Assembly: GCA_023515725.1 (NCBI GenBank)
Contig: JALDTO010000057.1
Coordinates: 325,575-389,574 of the forward strand
Length of the DNA stretch: 64,000 nt
Direction: 5' to 3'
From: Amoeboaphelidium protococcarum X5
Taxonomy: Eukaryota; Fungi; Aphelidiomycota
Shown: in pieces, positions 37,592-52,510 of the stretch
Position numbering within the stretch: the first letter of the stretch is position 1
How the letters are laid out: every line of letters starts with the position of its first letter
Notes under the pieces: model-generated
The model's database searches: none
What the model was told of the DNA's origin: nothing
The model's input: the letters and a program-made list of their open reading frames with translations, nothing else
Made by a program: the position numbers and the translations under genes

Positions 37592-38311
37592 TCAATCTTT
37601 CAGGAACTTCAAGGCACCAACAGCGATGGCTGCAATGACAGCCGTAACGCCAGCCATCTTCAGCACTTGGTCATTTTTCTGCACAAAAGTTAGCCCCAGA
37701 CCATGACGTTCAGGATCCTTCACGTAGTATTTGGCAAAGAAATCGTTCTGTATCCACAACAACTTGTTAAAAGCCAGTACAGTGCGCTATTCAACATCCT
37801 TGGGCAGATTCGCGTTCATCAGAGCTTGGACAATGAACGATGAAACATATGTAAACAAAGCGGAGCAGTGGATATACTCAACCTGGATTTTAGACGCCTT
37901 GCCAGAGTAGTCAGTGTGGATCTTGCCAACATAGTCCAGGTATCTGACAAAATTGTCATCATACTTGCCAGTCACCAGCTTCTTCAGGTACTTGCCCAGA
38001 AAGTCTTTGCGAAATTTGATCTAATCATTATCCAGATGCAGATCCTTCAAGTTATGAGCCACTTACCCCTTGAAAGAGGAGTTTCTTTGCGTGAACACAG
38101 CCTTTGTCAAATCGAAAGAGAACAATTTAACGTACACCGCGTCAACAATAGCTGGTACCAGAGGTTCAACCAAAGGTGCAGAGTCGTGGATAGCCTTGAT
38201 ATCATCTTCACCAAATTCTGCAAACTTTGCCAGATACTGAAAACGGTAGACAACGTCAGTGTACAAGCGCTTAGCATCAATAGATTCGCAAGTTGGATCT
38301 GCAACGGTCAT
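37592..38311 (-). CDS. Protoglobin/sensor-type single-domain globin with C-terminal hydrophobic tail
   Basis: LYTDVVYRFQYLAKF..F..DD, VDAVYVKLF.FD.T...F..RN, YLDYVGKIHT, VEYIH, AFNKLLWIQND. Confidence 0.85.
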
Positions 38312-38926
38312 AACTATAAAGTGAAATATATAATGTCTTACTTAGAGTCAATAGGCTGAATAAAAAAGAGATTTTAAATGAGAGTTCAATGCCGACCGTG
38401 TGAATCAATATAATCGCGAGATCAACAAAATTTGTTTATGACAGCATCGGACTTTCCAACCGAGCCGAGACCCAAAGCCTCGGCCGACTTCGGTTATTTG
38501 AATGGATAATCTGAAAAAGCAGCGTCAGCTTCCGATGTATGATTATCTTCTGGGACTGATATTTATTTCGGAACCGACATTTTTAGCTTATGGCTTGAAG
38601 TGATTTCTCAGTCATCGTTATGCAAAACTTAAACACACAACGATAGAAATGACAGTTATTTGGGGTGGTTTCGGCTTATTGATGGGAATATAATCTTTCT
38701 TAAAAGAGCTTTACACATCTAGCGCGTGACTTACTGTAATGGAGCAATCAGCATAGAGTGGCTTAAAAGTTTTAGCGCCGCGAGTCTCCCGTTTCGGCAA
38801 AAACGGCACAAACTTGAAACGGGTCGCTAGCTGACTTGTTTAAATCACGAAAGCTCCTTTTCGCTGAAACAAGTCACCTGCTTGTTTCCGTAAATATAAA
38901 ATTTTGTTTCAGCCCATTTATCAATT

Positions 38927-40741
<1,815 letters not shown>

Positions 40742-40985
40742 TGATAAAGCTGGTTTAAAACAGATAAACTATGTGGTGTTTTGAGTTTAATGATGCTGTA
40801 ATGTATTGATAATTTTCATATGGCATTATTGTATCTAATGTGCAATTAAAAACTTATCATCTTTCTTATGCATGCCAGATATTTTAAACTTTAAGCCCGG
40901 AGATCAATCGACGATCTTCAGTGTAGTCAGGGATGAATAATGAATGATCTGAAACGAATGAATCAGCAGCCAATCAGACAAATTA

Positions 40986-42530
40986 ATGGTGATTAAAGAA
41001 TTTTGTTCTTTATCAATTGTTGAAAATTCACCCTCTGCTCATAGGATGGCTCATTCGAGTATCAAGACCAAATTATGGCACTTCATCTTACCGCTTTGGA
41101 CCGTTATTATCATGGCATGTGTTGCAATTAAGGTATTCTGTATGTGTTCGTTTGACTGGCTTCGTACCTTGAAATCGCATGAACAAGATCGATCCATGCC
41201 ATCAGGACATTGTTCAGAGACGTATATACATCATAAACGGCATCCTCAATGGTCTTTTGGCTAATTTGTCACTATAAATATTTTGGAGCATGTGATGAGA
41301 CAGGATTTGGACGTTATCAGATGTGGTACTAAACTCAGTCATTATCTGGCACGATTTGTGCATATTCTGCCTTTCATGCGCATCGGACTTGCGCGTATCA
41401 CTGTCTAATCTAATGGCGATGAAGGTGATGCCGCTTGGTCTGGCATATAAATGTACTGGAAGAAGAATGGCCGTGATTTTGGTCCTCTTTAGCGATCTAA
41501 TGTTAGTAGCGACTCTGTACTTCCGATGCATAATCGCTAGGTCGATGAGCCAGAAGCTGTGATATTGTTCTGTCATGGCGGTGGATTCTGTGCAGGGACA
41601 GCTTTATAATCTTTTTGGGCCCTGCGCAATATTTTGATACAGATGAAGAAGCGATACAAGTACACTAATGTACGAATTGTGTGCGTGGAGTATGATTTGG
41701 CTCCCGAGCACACTTACCCGAATGCTCTGCTGTAGGCTTACTCGGCTTTCAATTACTTTCATCGTGCTGGTCATAAAGTTATCATTATGGGCGACTCTGC
41801 AGGCGGCCATTTGGCTTATAGCGTCTTGATACATGATGGAATACTGCGTGATGATCATCAGATGAAGTCTACTGATTTCGCAGTCTCCGATAATGCTCTG
41901 CCAGTTGCACCAGATTCCATCAGTAGAGCTGCTGGAATTCTCACTATAAGTCCCTCTGTGCATCCATTCTCTTTCCCCCGTTTACTGCGCTATTATTCTA
42001 CCAACATTAATTATGATTTCCTTCATCCCATCCATTTGAAAGCCTTCTCTGCCGCGTTCATAAGTGGCAAATGGATCCATCCCTTTAGTCATGGTTATTA
42101 TTCTAAAGCAGTTTATGGAATTTTTGAGACTTTTCAGTCAACTGAGGGTGAAGATGCCACGCGTGCTGACATGGAATCCTCGCGTGAATAGGTGGAAGTT
42201 GAGATTATGCTGCGGGATGTTCCAAGTCCACTTAAGTAGAATATTAATCAAGTTGCCCCTGCGATGGTTGATCCATAGTTGATGAAGCGATATCTGCCAC
42301 CCAGATCAATGATTATCTGTGGCAATGGTGAGCTATTGTACCCAGACATTAAGAGATTTCATGAAAGAATTAATGAACTAAGCAGTCCTGGGGATGAGTC
42401 AATTCAAGTGGTATCTATAGCTGCTGGAGTACACGATTATGCAATGTTAGTTCCCGGCAAAGATTCTAAATTGGCAATGGATCAGGGAATTGAGTACATT
42501 GCCAAGTGTCTTAATTTATCCTCTAATTGA
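40986..42530 (+). CDS. Alpha/beta hydrolase (Abhydrolase_3, HSL-like esterase) with N-terminal hydrophobic segment; start could be 41046
   Basis: ILFCHGGGF, EYDLAPEHTYP, MGDSAGGHLA, GVHDY. Confidence 0.88.
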
Positions 42531-42610
42531 AAGAATACCGAGTGATTTAGATGTAAACTTAACATATTAAAGTTGACTATTATTAAATTTGATAAGCATG
42601 ATTATCATTA

Positions 42611-44000
42611 TCAATGTTTCGGTGCAATCTTGCCATAAATCAAAGCACTGGACGTCATCAGGACGGCAAGCGGCAATGCAGTCAAAAATGCCAACACTGA
42701 GTAATACAAATTGGAAGTGGGACTCATCTTGAACTTCCCCTACAATACCACACAATTTACCCACTTTCCAAATCTATAAAACGCGTAATAGAAAGCAAAC
42801 AGGAGATAGTACAACATTGGCTGATTGGTCACCTGCCAGATCCAACTCAAATGTGAAATCGGATTGGTGTATAGAAGCACAACAATTATAGTCAATGGAA
42901 CAAAGACAGCAACGAGCAGACGACGATACTTGACATTCTACTTATCACCCTCCAGATACTTTTACACGACGGGTAAACTCCACATTGGACCAAGGCAGAC
43001 CAGTAACAAGAAACTGCTAAAGAACATTTTAAACAAGATGCCATCAAACAGATTCTGGCAATATGCCACCGTAGCTCCATGGACCCAGATCATAATCTCT
43101 AGAAAGAATGTCCAATACTTTTAAGAATGACCGCGCTGGTATAACAAAGAGCTCTGATAGTATAATAGAAAGGTGTGAAAGAACCCGGTGGCATGACTGA
43201 GCGTGACTTCCATTGGATGATGCCAGAAATTCACAGTAATACCAAATATGGAGATGTAGCCATGATACTCCTTCAGAAAAAGTCCAAATTCCTCAATCTC
43301 CGATTTGAAAGACTATGGAGTCCAATTGAGGATAAAGCCTCTGGTTCTGCATCTGAATATGTAAACAACTGCCAGCGAGGTGACACCAGAAAACAGGGCA
43401 CTGATCGACGGGAACACTGCAGATAGACCGTCATAATACATGTGAGTCTAGAAGAAGTGAACAATTGTAAAGAACACGTTCCAGCGCAGCATCTCTCGTG
43501 CATAAGGATTCCACTCAGGACCATCAGACCAATCAATCTCGCCACGCAGTTTGGCTGCCCGTGCCTGATAGATCAAATACCATTGACCACTCAGATGTGT
43601 GATAAAACACGCCCAAGGTATCATGATGCTAAGTACGGAAGGGTTGATCTATCTAAATGGGTACATGAACGGGAACGTATATCCGACACTACACACACAT
43701 ATCATATATTACACAGATATGAATGACGTGTTAAATGAACAATATTTAGATAATACTACAAGCTTACATGTCAAATATACCCAATCCCAATTGACCGGGT
43801 TTAGGAGATCCATTAAATAGATCATCTAACCAAGACTGTCCTTCGCGGCGTGATAACGCAGTAGTGCTTACGATAAGAGTCATGACAAGAGCACTGATCA
43901 GATAGAACGCGTGAAATTGCACATTGATACCCAGAAATTTGACAGGCAATGATGGAGCATGGGGATCCAATTGAGATACTTGCTTCTTAGTACCAGCCAT
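42611..44000 (-). CDS. Uncharacterised polytopic membrane protein with multiple histidine motifs (intron 43689-43767)
   Basis: HFF(Q)THMYYDGL, FLKEYHGY, FWHHPME..HATGFF, RGHS(Q)KYWTFFLE, WVHGATVA; many TM segments. Confidence 0.7.
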
Positions 44001-44444
44001 ATTAAATCTGTGACTCGTTCTGAATTTCTCGATAACAATCAGACAGAAATTTAGAGATTTGCGCTAATGCTAAGGTGGATGAGTGGGGATCTATAATTCA
44101 TTCAGAGACCTTTTGATATTTTACTCCAGTCAGGGGTAAATATGACATATCGCAAAACGCTTATGTTACGCCATGTGCTTTTCTAAACGACCAGCTTCCT
44201 AAGTTCCAAGCACTATCAATGTATAAAACTTACTACCTAGATGACCTTCCATTAAGTTGGTGTTACTATTCTGGTACATCCCACTTGATTGATTGATATA
44301 TTAGATAGCTGTCAGTGTCCAATCAGGCACTTGAGCTTTTGATCTAATCGATTTCCCATTAAAGCTATTCACCTCAATTCTGGCTTTTTACTCTGATTAT
44401 CTCTCTGTAATAAACTCTTTACTCACGTGCACATTTATTAAATT

Positions 44445-46502
44445 ATGTCAATGATGGTGCCTTTGAGCAAGTAAAAGTTGCTGGTAAGAGTAGTCCTTGT
44501 AGCGTTAATATTATTTGGTCTCCATCAAGTGATACATTACTCGTTCATGGTTCAACGGCCCATGGACACGAAATCATCGTCATCGTAAAGTTCATTGAAT
44601 GGCTTTAGTTCACTCATTCTTTCAAAAGATACTCAATCTGTGGCATCTGACTCTGATAGTAATAAGGAAGAAGATGAGCATGAGAGATTATCAACTAATC
44701 GCGAAAGTATTACTGAATATTAGTAACAGGTTGCATTGTCCAATAACGGAAAAGAAGGCGATAATTTGCCGCTGGTAAGATCATGGGGAGAAGTTGGCAG
44801 AGACTGTTCAGATGGACAATGTTTAAAGGATTCGTCTGGTTAGGATAGTGTTGATATTGTGAAAGGCGATACTATCAATTATGAATAGGTGAACAACATA
44901 AGGAAGCCTTGTGGAGTCCACTTGGAGAGAAATTCCCATTTCGTTAATCGAGAGCTGTGGTAATCTCTGAGCGCGTCTGATTTGGCCAAGAAATCTGATG
45001 AACTTGAGCGATATATTAAAGATGAGCTTCCTCGATTTAATTATGATAATTACGGTTATAGCGGATACGGTATTGTGTTTGCAGCCAGTGGTGGCTCTCT
45101 GAATCGATGTCTTGTCAGTGTGAATTTGTTGAAGCAGCACCACCGCACCTCTCTGCCTATTGAAGTGTGGTACATTAGTGGCGAACTGGACAGAGAGCAG
45201 CTGGATCTCTTAGTTAAGGCTGGAGCTGAGCCTAGAGATGTGGTGGTAGAGTCGGCTAAATTCCCTGAACTGAATTTTTAAATATCTCATTCATACGGCT
45301 CGAGTAGGAATTACTAGATAAAGAGTATGGTTCTACTGCTTACTAAGTTTTAACACGTCATCTACATGGACTCGGACAATAATGCTCTCCGCGATCCGGC
45401 CATTTTATTCCAACACGAGGCTTACAAGGCCACGGGTGCTATTTTCTGGAAAGATTTTTGGAAATTCCCCACCGATAATCCAATCTGGAAGATAATCGGC
45501 TAGGAGTGTCATGATGAGTTTGAACAAGAGTCTGGCCAGTTGGTCATTGATAAGCGAAGATCTTGGTAGTCGCTGCTACTTGCAACGTACTTGTAGATGG
45601 AGCACAAGTTCTACTTCACCATACTTCTCGGTGATAAAGATACTTTCCGTCTGGCATGGAAAGTTTTAAATCAACCGTATCATTACATTGAGAATCCACC
45701 CGCTATGGCTGGTAGAGTCAGATAAGGCAGATTTTGTGGTCATTCTATGGTTCAATTTGGCCCTGATGGTGAGTTGATGTTTGTGCACGCCAATGCTATG
45801 AAGTCTGCTAATGCGATCAAGTGCGGTAACACTTGGGAAAGTATAAAGTATTTACAACCACAAGAGCCTACTCAGATTATGTCTGTAAATGGAACTGATC
45901 AACTTCGCATCATCTCCGGCTATCCTGTCACTAATGAGTACCAAGGAGGACCTGAGCGTCCACTCGAGGAAGGAGGTATGGGGTAGGAGGTTTTAAATAA
46001 TCCGTGCTTTGATTACTCCATTCAGACTGTTGCTATTGACACCTCATATTCAGTTGTCGATACTCTAGGTGCTTAATAAGCTGTGGATTCTTACCGCTCC
46101 ATACTTGAGCCATGGGTCAGTTATGCAAATGGTAGTTTTGCATGGTTCGAAGATAAGTACTATGATCTTGGTGGACCTGGCTCAGGTAATGCTCAGTATT
46201 GTGGGCAAGGTAGTATTGGAAATGGTGAGTGTCGCGATTCATCACTGTGTTGTTCATCTTCTGGATGGTGTGATAATTCTATCGATCACTGTGGTATTGG
46301 ATGTCAGGGTGGTTTCTGTTTTCAATCACGTACATTGCCTGTGCGTCTAGGACCGGAGTTTGAGTATTGCGGCAATGGTAAAGTTGGTTACGGTGTATGT
46401 CAAGATCCTAGCGCTTGTTGTTCCAGATTTGGTTACTGTGGCTCATCAGTATCTCACTGTTCACGTGAGGTTTGCATAAATGGTCCATGTCTAACTCACT
46501 GA
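44445..46502 (+). CDS. GT71 (Mnn2-like) alpha-mannosyltransferase with two C-terminal hevein/CBM18 chitin-binding domains
   Basis: N-terminal TM; GIVFAA, LPIEVW, YMDSDN, GAIFWKDFWK, EQESGQLVIDK, GDKDTFRLAW; C-terminal CCSSSGWC and CCSRFGYCG. Confidence 0.88.
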
Positions 46503-46650
46503 GTGTTTCCATAAACCATATGGCATTTTTTGTGATATAAATAGATCAATACAGTATAAAAAGAGATTCAACTCATAAAATTAAACCACAACTTTCCACA
46601 ACTGTTCATTCAACAACAAAATACAGGCGCAAACTCGATCATAGGTCCTT

Positions 46651-48564
46651 TCAATGGTCCATACTGAGCAACCTTTGCAGCATGAGATCACTGTCTTGAC
46701 TCTCCAATCCAGGCATGTTATCAACAACTTGCATCAGAGATTGTTATTCACCACCGTTCACTTGACCCTTATTCTGTTATTGTTAATCAGTTTATGCCTC
46801 AGACAATAATGACAGCTAATCTGGAGTAATAGCAATATCGTGAGCTTTAAGAATAGCAGCCATCTGCATACAGCGCGTTTCCCAAATCTACTCTTGAGTC
46901 ATACTACTATTCTATACATTTCCAGAATCTTATTGCGCCAATAGCTGTAACAAATTCTAATCTTTCACGTGTTCAGACAGCTTCTAAGACAGGAGACTGA
47001 TAATCTTTCGGCTCTGCGCCAACTCTTGACCCAACGAATGCACCTGACTAACAGCATCAAAATACAACTTCTCCTTCTCACCCAGATCATGTTCCAGAGT
47101 AGACATGACACCTTCAAATTATTACGATAACTGTCGAGACTTCATCTAATTATTATTACTATTATTGTTATTACCGTCTATGCCACTACCATGAGACACC
47201 AAAGTCTGTTGGCTTGCATTGTTACTACTACTATGTGGCAATATACTAGAGAATGCAGACGCGGTAGATGGAAGTCTAGGTAATTAGGAAGATGAATCAC
47301 CAGACTATAACTGCTCAAGGCGTCTCTCAAACACTGGCTTGAGCATAACATCGTCCATACCGAAATCCACCGGTCTTAGTCCACATCTATTCGGCAGGGA
47401 GATGTCAGCATTACAAGCCTCAATCAGCATCTCCACCAGGTTGCGATTACTCAAGCGGGATGCAATATTCAACGCAGTGTCACCATTCTTATCCTAAATG
47501 TCAATAAGAGACTCGATATACACAAAGTCTGGAGATACGGCAGCTGATGCCTGAGAAGAATCATCAGGCAGAGTTGGTGCTAATATGGCAGATGGTTCAC
47601 GCATAAATTACAAAAGAGTGTCCAGGTAGTACTTTGCCGCCTGGGCTCTTCCTTTGATACCGGCAGTCAGGACGATGTGATGCAGCACAGTACGTCCCTT
47701 CTTATCTCTGAGGCCAATAACTCGCGGACCAAGCGTTGCCAGCAGATCACCAAAGCAGTCAGATTCAAAGCAATTGGTCACCAGCACAGCTCTGACAAGC
47801 GCAGATTCGCCATTAAAATTCTAGCGAGTCACGTCAGCACCAAGATTACCGATAAGCATTCTCAACACCGTGATCCGAGCCAATGCACTCGCCCAATGAA
47901 TAGCAGTATGGCCTTGGTCATCGATGATCATATCTGCATCCATGTCGGCAGGTGGACTGGGATTAGTCAATAGCGGAGGCACTTTATGGGATTCATGGTT
48001 GAGGAAAACAGACATCAAAATGGCGCGGTACTTTTCAGCATTAGACGGGGGAGCGGAATTTCCATAAAAGCCACCATTGTTGTTGGTACTGTTATTAGAC
48101 TGCACATGTGAATTCTAGCTGTTGGACACGGTGGATTGAGAATTGCCTGGACGGTCAGCCGCAGTCTGACTGGCATTGGACAGCTTTCGCTTCTTGCTGG
48201 GCGTCACTTCAAACATGGCGCGATCTTCCTCTCCTTCGGGCGGCACAAACTCGAGCAGATCAGCCAGAATTCCATCCACGCCATACTGACGGGCCACGCC
48301 GACACCGCGCTCAAACGGCACCCATGTACCTTAATACTTACCGTATCCACCCTGCACTTTCTCAAAGACTGCATTGGGCACTTAAATCTCACGCTCCAGG
48401 ATTTTAGTGCGGCGACCCTTTTCAATTTGAGCCACTTTCAGAATCTGCGTCGCATTCAGAAAATTATCGCAGCGTCTTCTCATGACCGCAATGCCGCGGC
48501 ATATAAATTCATACACATGCACGCCAGAGTATACTGCACCATACACATTAGGACTGTTGGTCAT
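46651..48564 (-). CDS. MBF/SBF G1/S transcription factor (Mbp1/Swi4/Res-type; APSES/KilA-N plus ankyrin repeats)
   Basis: AVYSGVHVYE, VMRRRCDNFLNATQILKVA, EKVQGGYGKY(Q)GTWVP, IDDQGHTAIHWASALAR, D(Q)NGDTALNIASR-type ankyrin motif. Confidence 0.95.
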
Positions 48565-49022
48565 TTTAGAGTGGTGTTGTTGTTTCAGCAAGCAGGTGTC
48601 AATGTTTGACGACTTTTCTTGTTGTTGCTGCTGCTGTTGTTGTTCTTTCCGTTCACAGAGCAAAGAGAGAGAAAGCGCGGCAAGGAGGCGGCTTTAGTGT
48701 TTTGAAGACGGAAAAAAATTGCGCACGCGAGAAAATGGAAAAACGGAGACGTAGAGGCCGCGCGAGCGAGAGAGCAGCTCATTAAGCCGAGACCAAAAAG
48801 TAAAACGCGATCAAGGAGGCGCTTTGTGGGAAGAGGTTTTCAGCTAGTGCTGAGTGATAGACAACAGCCTAGGAGCACTCGCGCTGGCTGAGCATTCAGT
48901 AAGTGAGTGAGTGGCTTTCCCACATTGATCGCCCTCTCGTTTAAACCTTTTTCAGCGAACACGAGCTTTAGACTTTTGTTTCTTTAACTTCCTATCCGTT
49001 ATAATATTTTAACTCTGCTGTT

Positions 49023-50819
49023 ATGAGCGATATTGCCAGATTTCAAGTTGTATCAGAGTTGTCTGATATCTATCCGCGAGATAGCGTTGAAGCTTAAAAG
49101 TAATATTGATCTAAGTACTTAGTGGAATTATAAATTGTCTAATAATATATGTGTAGATTGCGGTTTTAAAATCTGAAATAAGAGTTTGTTAAGCGCTATG
49201 ATGGACAGGTTCCCATGTTCATTGCAAGAAGTCCTGGTCGTGTTAATTTAATTGGTGAACACATTGATTACAGTGATTATTCTGTGCTTCCAATGGCTCT
49301 GGCTGACAAGGATATTCTCATTGCTGTTGGCGTGAATTCTAACACTACGAATACCGGTGATAATGGTAAATGCATTCGAGTCTCAAACTTGAACTATGAA
49401 AAATTCCCGTCAAGACAGTTCACCATTGAGTCTAGTAGTCAAGATTACTTGGCTATTGACGCGTCCAAGCATGAGTGGAGCAATTACTTCCTGGCTGGCT
49501 TGAAGGGTATTTTGATGCATCTCAAGGTTGGCGACGGCGATGTTATTGGATTCAATTGTCTTGTTGATGGCACAGTGCCAGATGGAGCTGGTGTATCTTC
49601 GTCATCTGCTTTTGTGTGCTGTTCGGCGCTTGCTTGTTATCAACTGTATAAATCTTGTTCCGGCAGTACTTTACTTCAGGATGGTATCCAATAGATTGAT
49701 TAACTAAAATTGACGGAGATTGCTATACGTAGCGAAAGATTTGTGGGTGTTAATTCTGGTGGGATGGATTAGTCGTGCTCAATATTTGGCGTTAAGAATC
49801 ATGCCCTGCTCATTGACTTCTATCCGCATCTCAGACCGTCCACTGTTCAGTTTCCGTCTGATGCTACCGAATACGCCTTTGTTATTGCTCACTCTCTAGT
49901 AACAGCTAACAAACACGTCTCTGCGCCATACTGTTATAATCTTCGTGTGGCCGAGTGTAGACTTGCGGCGGCTGTCCTTGCCAAGAAGTTGGGACTGATG
50001 CAGCCATCTGTTCATAGAGAAAAGAATGTCTTGACACTTGGAGTTACAACGTTGAGAAGTGTCCAGGAACTTTTCAACGGTCGAATGTTGGCTAGAGATG
50101 GTGGTGTCTCGTTATAAGATGAGAAGATGATTGGTTTTGTTGACACTGCTTAGATGAAGTCTGAACTGCAGGTTATGCTTAAAATTACGGCAGAGATATT
50201 CGGCGCTCTGATGAAATCTTAAAATGACGGACTGTCTTTGTAGCAGATTGCTGATATTTTGGAAATGTCCGTGGCTGAGGTGGAGGAAACTTTTCTGGAT
50301 AACAAGAAATTTCCTATTGATGTTGACCATGCTTATGGACCGGGTAAGGGAAGGTTCTAGTTGTGGAAGCGCTCAGAGCATGTATTCAGTGAAGCATTGC
50401 GTGTCTATCTAATGCGCGAATGTTGTGACACTTAGAATAAGAGCGGTGGTGACAATACTGAATATAATGTTTGGCGTTAGATGGGGCAACTAATGAATTA
50501 GAGTTAAGAGTCCTGCCAGAATTTATTCAATTGCAGTCATCCCAATTTGGATTATCTGATCTCTGTATGCAGAAAGAACGGTGCTCTTGGTAGCAGATTG
50601 ACTGGTGCTGGGTGGGGCGGATGCTGCGTGTCCTTGGTAGAAAAGACGGATCTTTAGTCTTTCATCACTGGCGTTAAAAAAGAGTATTATTTTGCTCAAA
50701 CACTTCCGTCTGGTGTAAGTGACATTTCCGCTGCGGTTTAGCAGTAACGAAATTAAATGGATAAGGTGATATTTTGGACCACAGCTGGCACCGGTGCTAT
50801 CGTATTCCAGCCAAAATGA
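49023..50819 (+). CDS. GAL1: Galactokinase (Gal1/GALK2-type; intron 49100-49156)
   Basis: [40 protein letters not shown](Q), [12 protein letters not shown]. Confidence 0.93.
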
Positions 50820-50878
50820 GAAAGTGTACTATGAGAAAAATATACTAATACTAAAATTTTTATTTTACTTCACTACCT

Positions 50879-52510
50879 TCAATAATTAAATCTTGAATCA
50901 GTTTCATCACCCAAAATGGCAGGTGTCGGCATTGGGAAAACCGAATCTATTGGAGAGTTCAAAGGGGAGTCAGACGAGACTCGGGATAGCATGCTTGGCG
51001 TTTTATAGACAGCAACGCGTGGGAAAGAGGCACCATCTAGATGACTACTATTCTATCTGAGCAGTTGCTTAGGACGCGATGTGCCGCGGCCACCACCTCG
51101 AGTGAGAGTTCTCACTAATGTAGCACCATCGCGTCTGAAAGTCTCAGGATCATTCCATTTCTATCCTTGCTTCACATTCCTTGCCACATAGATGGCCATT
51201 GCTGCGACAACGGCAGCGACTATGATACAAGGAACCACAATACCACTAACTGTAGATGGATTTTTGAGGTCAATAGAGTTGGTCTAAAACTAGACGGTAG
51301 AGGCGGCGTTACCAACCTTGTCATTAGGAGAAGGAGCAGAGTAGTATTGTTCTGGAAACTGATTGGTGAAGTTGGTTGGTGGACGAGGGAACGAGGAGTT
51401 GGATTGAGGAGGAGCTTTGTTCTAAGATGGAGCACCCGGAGCATTGAGAACCTGCTCAGCCTTGTTATCGGATGGAGGACGAGGAGCCTGGGGTTGCCCG
51501 GATGGAGCATCTAATACGACTGGCTTGCTGTCACCACCGCCATTCTATTGAGTTGACGGGGTGGAAGGAGTGGACGTCTTTGGTGCACCGCCAGCAGCAG
51601 GAGGAGAGTTTGGAGCATTAACTTGATTTCCAGTGGCACCGGCATTAGCAGGACAACTTCCAACTGCAGCGGTCTAAAGAGAGCCGCTCTAAGGATAGGT
51701 GCCAATGACTTGACCGCTACCATCATAAGCTTGGAATTGATAATCAGTACAGCCAGAAGACACGGAAGACTTGGCGGAGTAAACACCTTTCTGGGAGTGA
51801 CCAACCACAGTCTACATCTAAATTCTTTGATTGCCGACGATGACATCAACTCTGGACACTGCACCACTGTCAACGGCGACAATGAACTCTGCATCGTTGC
51901 CTCCAGTGGCCAGGTGACTTCCACAAGCGATGGCATTACTAGGACGCGTGCCCTCATAGCCAAAAGTCTGAGTCATGAAAGTGTTACCTGTTCTTACGGA
52001 GGAATAGCCATGGCGATCATAAGAGCCAACCATATTGACGCAGTGACCGGCAGACATGGCCCAGGCGTTCACCACCTCGATAGGATTGAATTGAGAGTAA
52101 CCATTGGCGACATTCTCAGCAACGACACTGCTAGCCTTGTAATAAGCACCGATTCGGGCCGCAAAGTCTACTCTACCGCCATAACTCGAAATCAAATTCG
52201 GGTCCAGCGTGTCGTGAGTCATCTGATTAAAATTCGCCTGATCTACAGAGTGCACCTGGCTCGCAGAGGTCAATCCATCGCTGGGATACAATGAATTGAG
52301 CGATCCAGTGGAGGAGCATCCAAACTGAAACTAACCATTACCTCTATTGGAAAAGTAGCTCTGATAGCCACCCATGTCATAACGAATCGCGTTAGTCAGC
52401 ACACAGACGGCGCTATTAGGATACTCGTTAAATAATTGCGCATCAATCAGCAAAGCTGCATAATTCAAAATCAGTAATGAACATATTTCAATTGCGCGAT
52501 TAAATTTCAT
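50879..52510 (-). CDS. Type I membrane protein: signal peptide, CAP (SCP/PR-1) domain, beta-rich accessory domain, S/P/T/Q-rich stalk, TM, cytoplasmic tail
   Basis: ASQVHSVDQA, AENVANG, VVNAWAMSAGHCVNM, FMTQTFG; TM VSGIVVPCIIVAAVVAAMAIYVA. Confidence 0.78.

Noticed and set aside
42611-44000. Fatty-acid elongase or desaturase call for the His-rich membrane protein
   Set aside because: Lacks the HxxHH box of ELO and desaturase families
46651-48564. KilA-N domain as an endogenous viral gene
   Set aside because: Full APSES plus ankyrin plus coiled-coil architecture of the domesticated fungal MBF/SBF factors
48565-48663. In-frame poly-Q N-terminal extension of the MBF factor (track ORF 48382-48663)
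   Set aside because: No in-frame ATG before the upstream TGA at ~48811, and the tract uses only CAA/CAG; more likely a 5' UTR microsatellite, although a non-AUG start cannot be excluded
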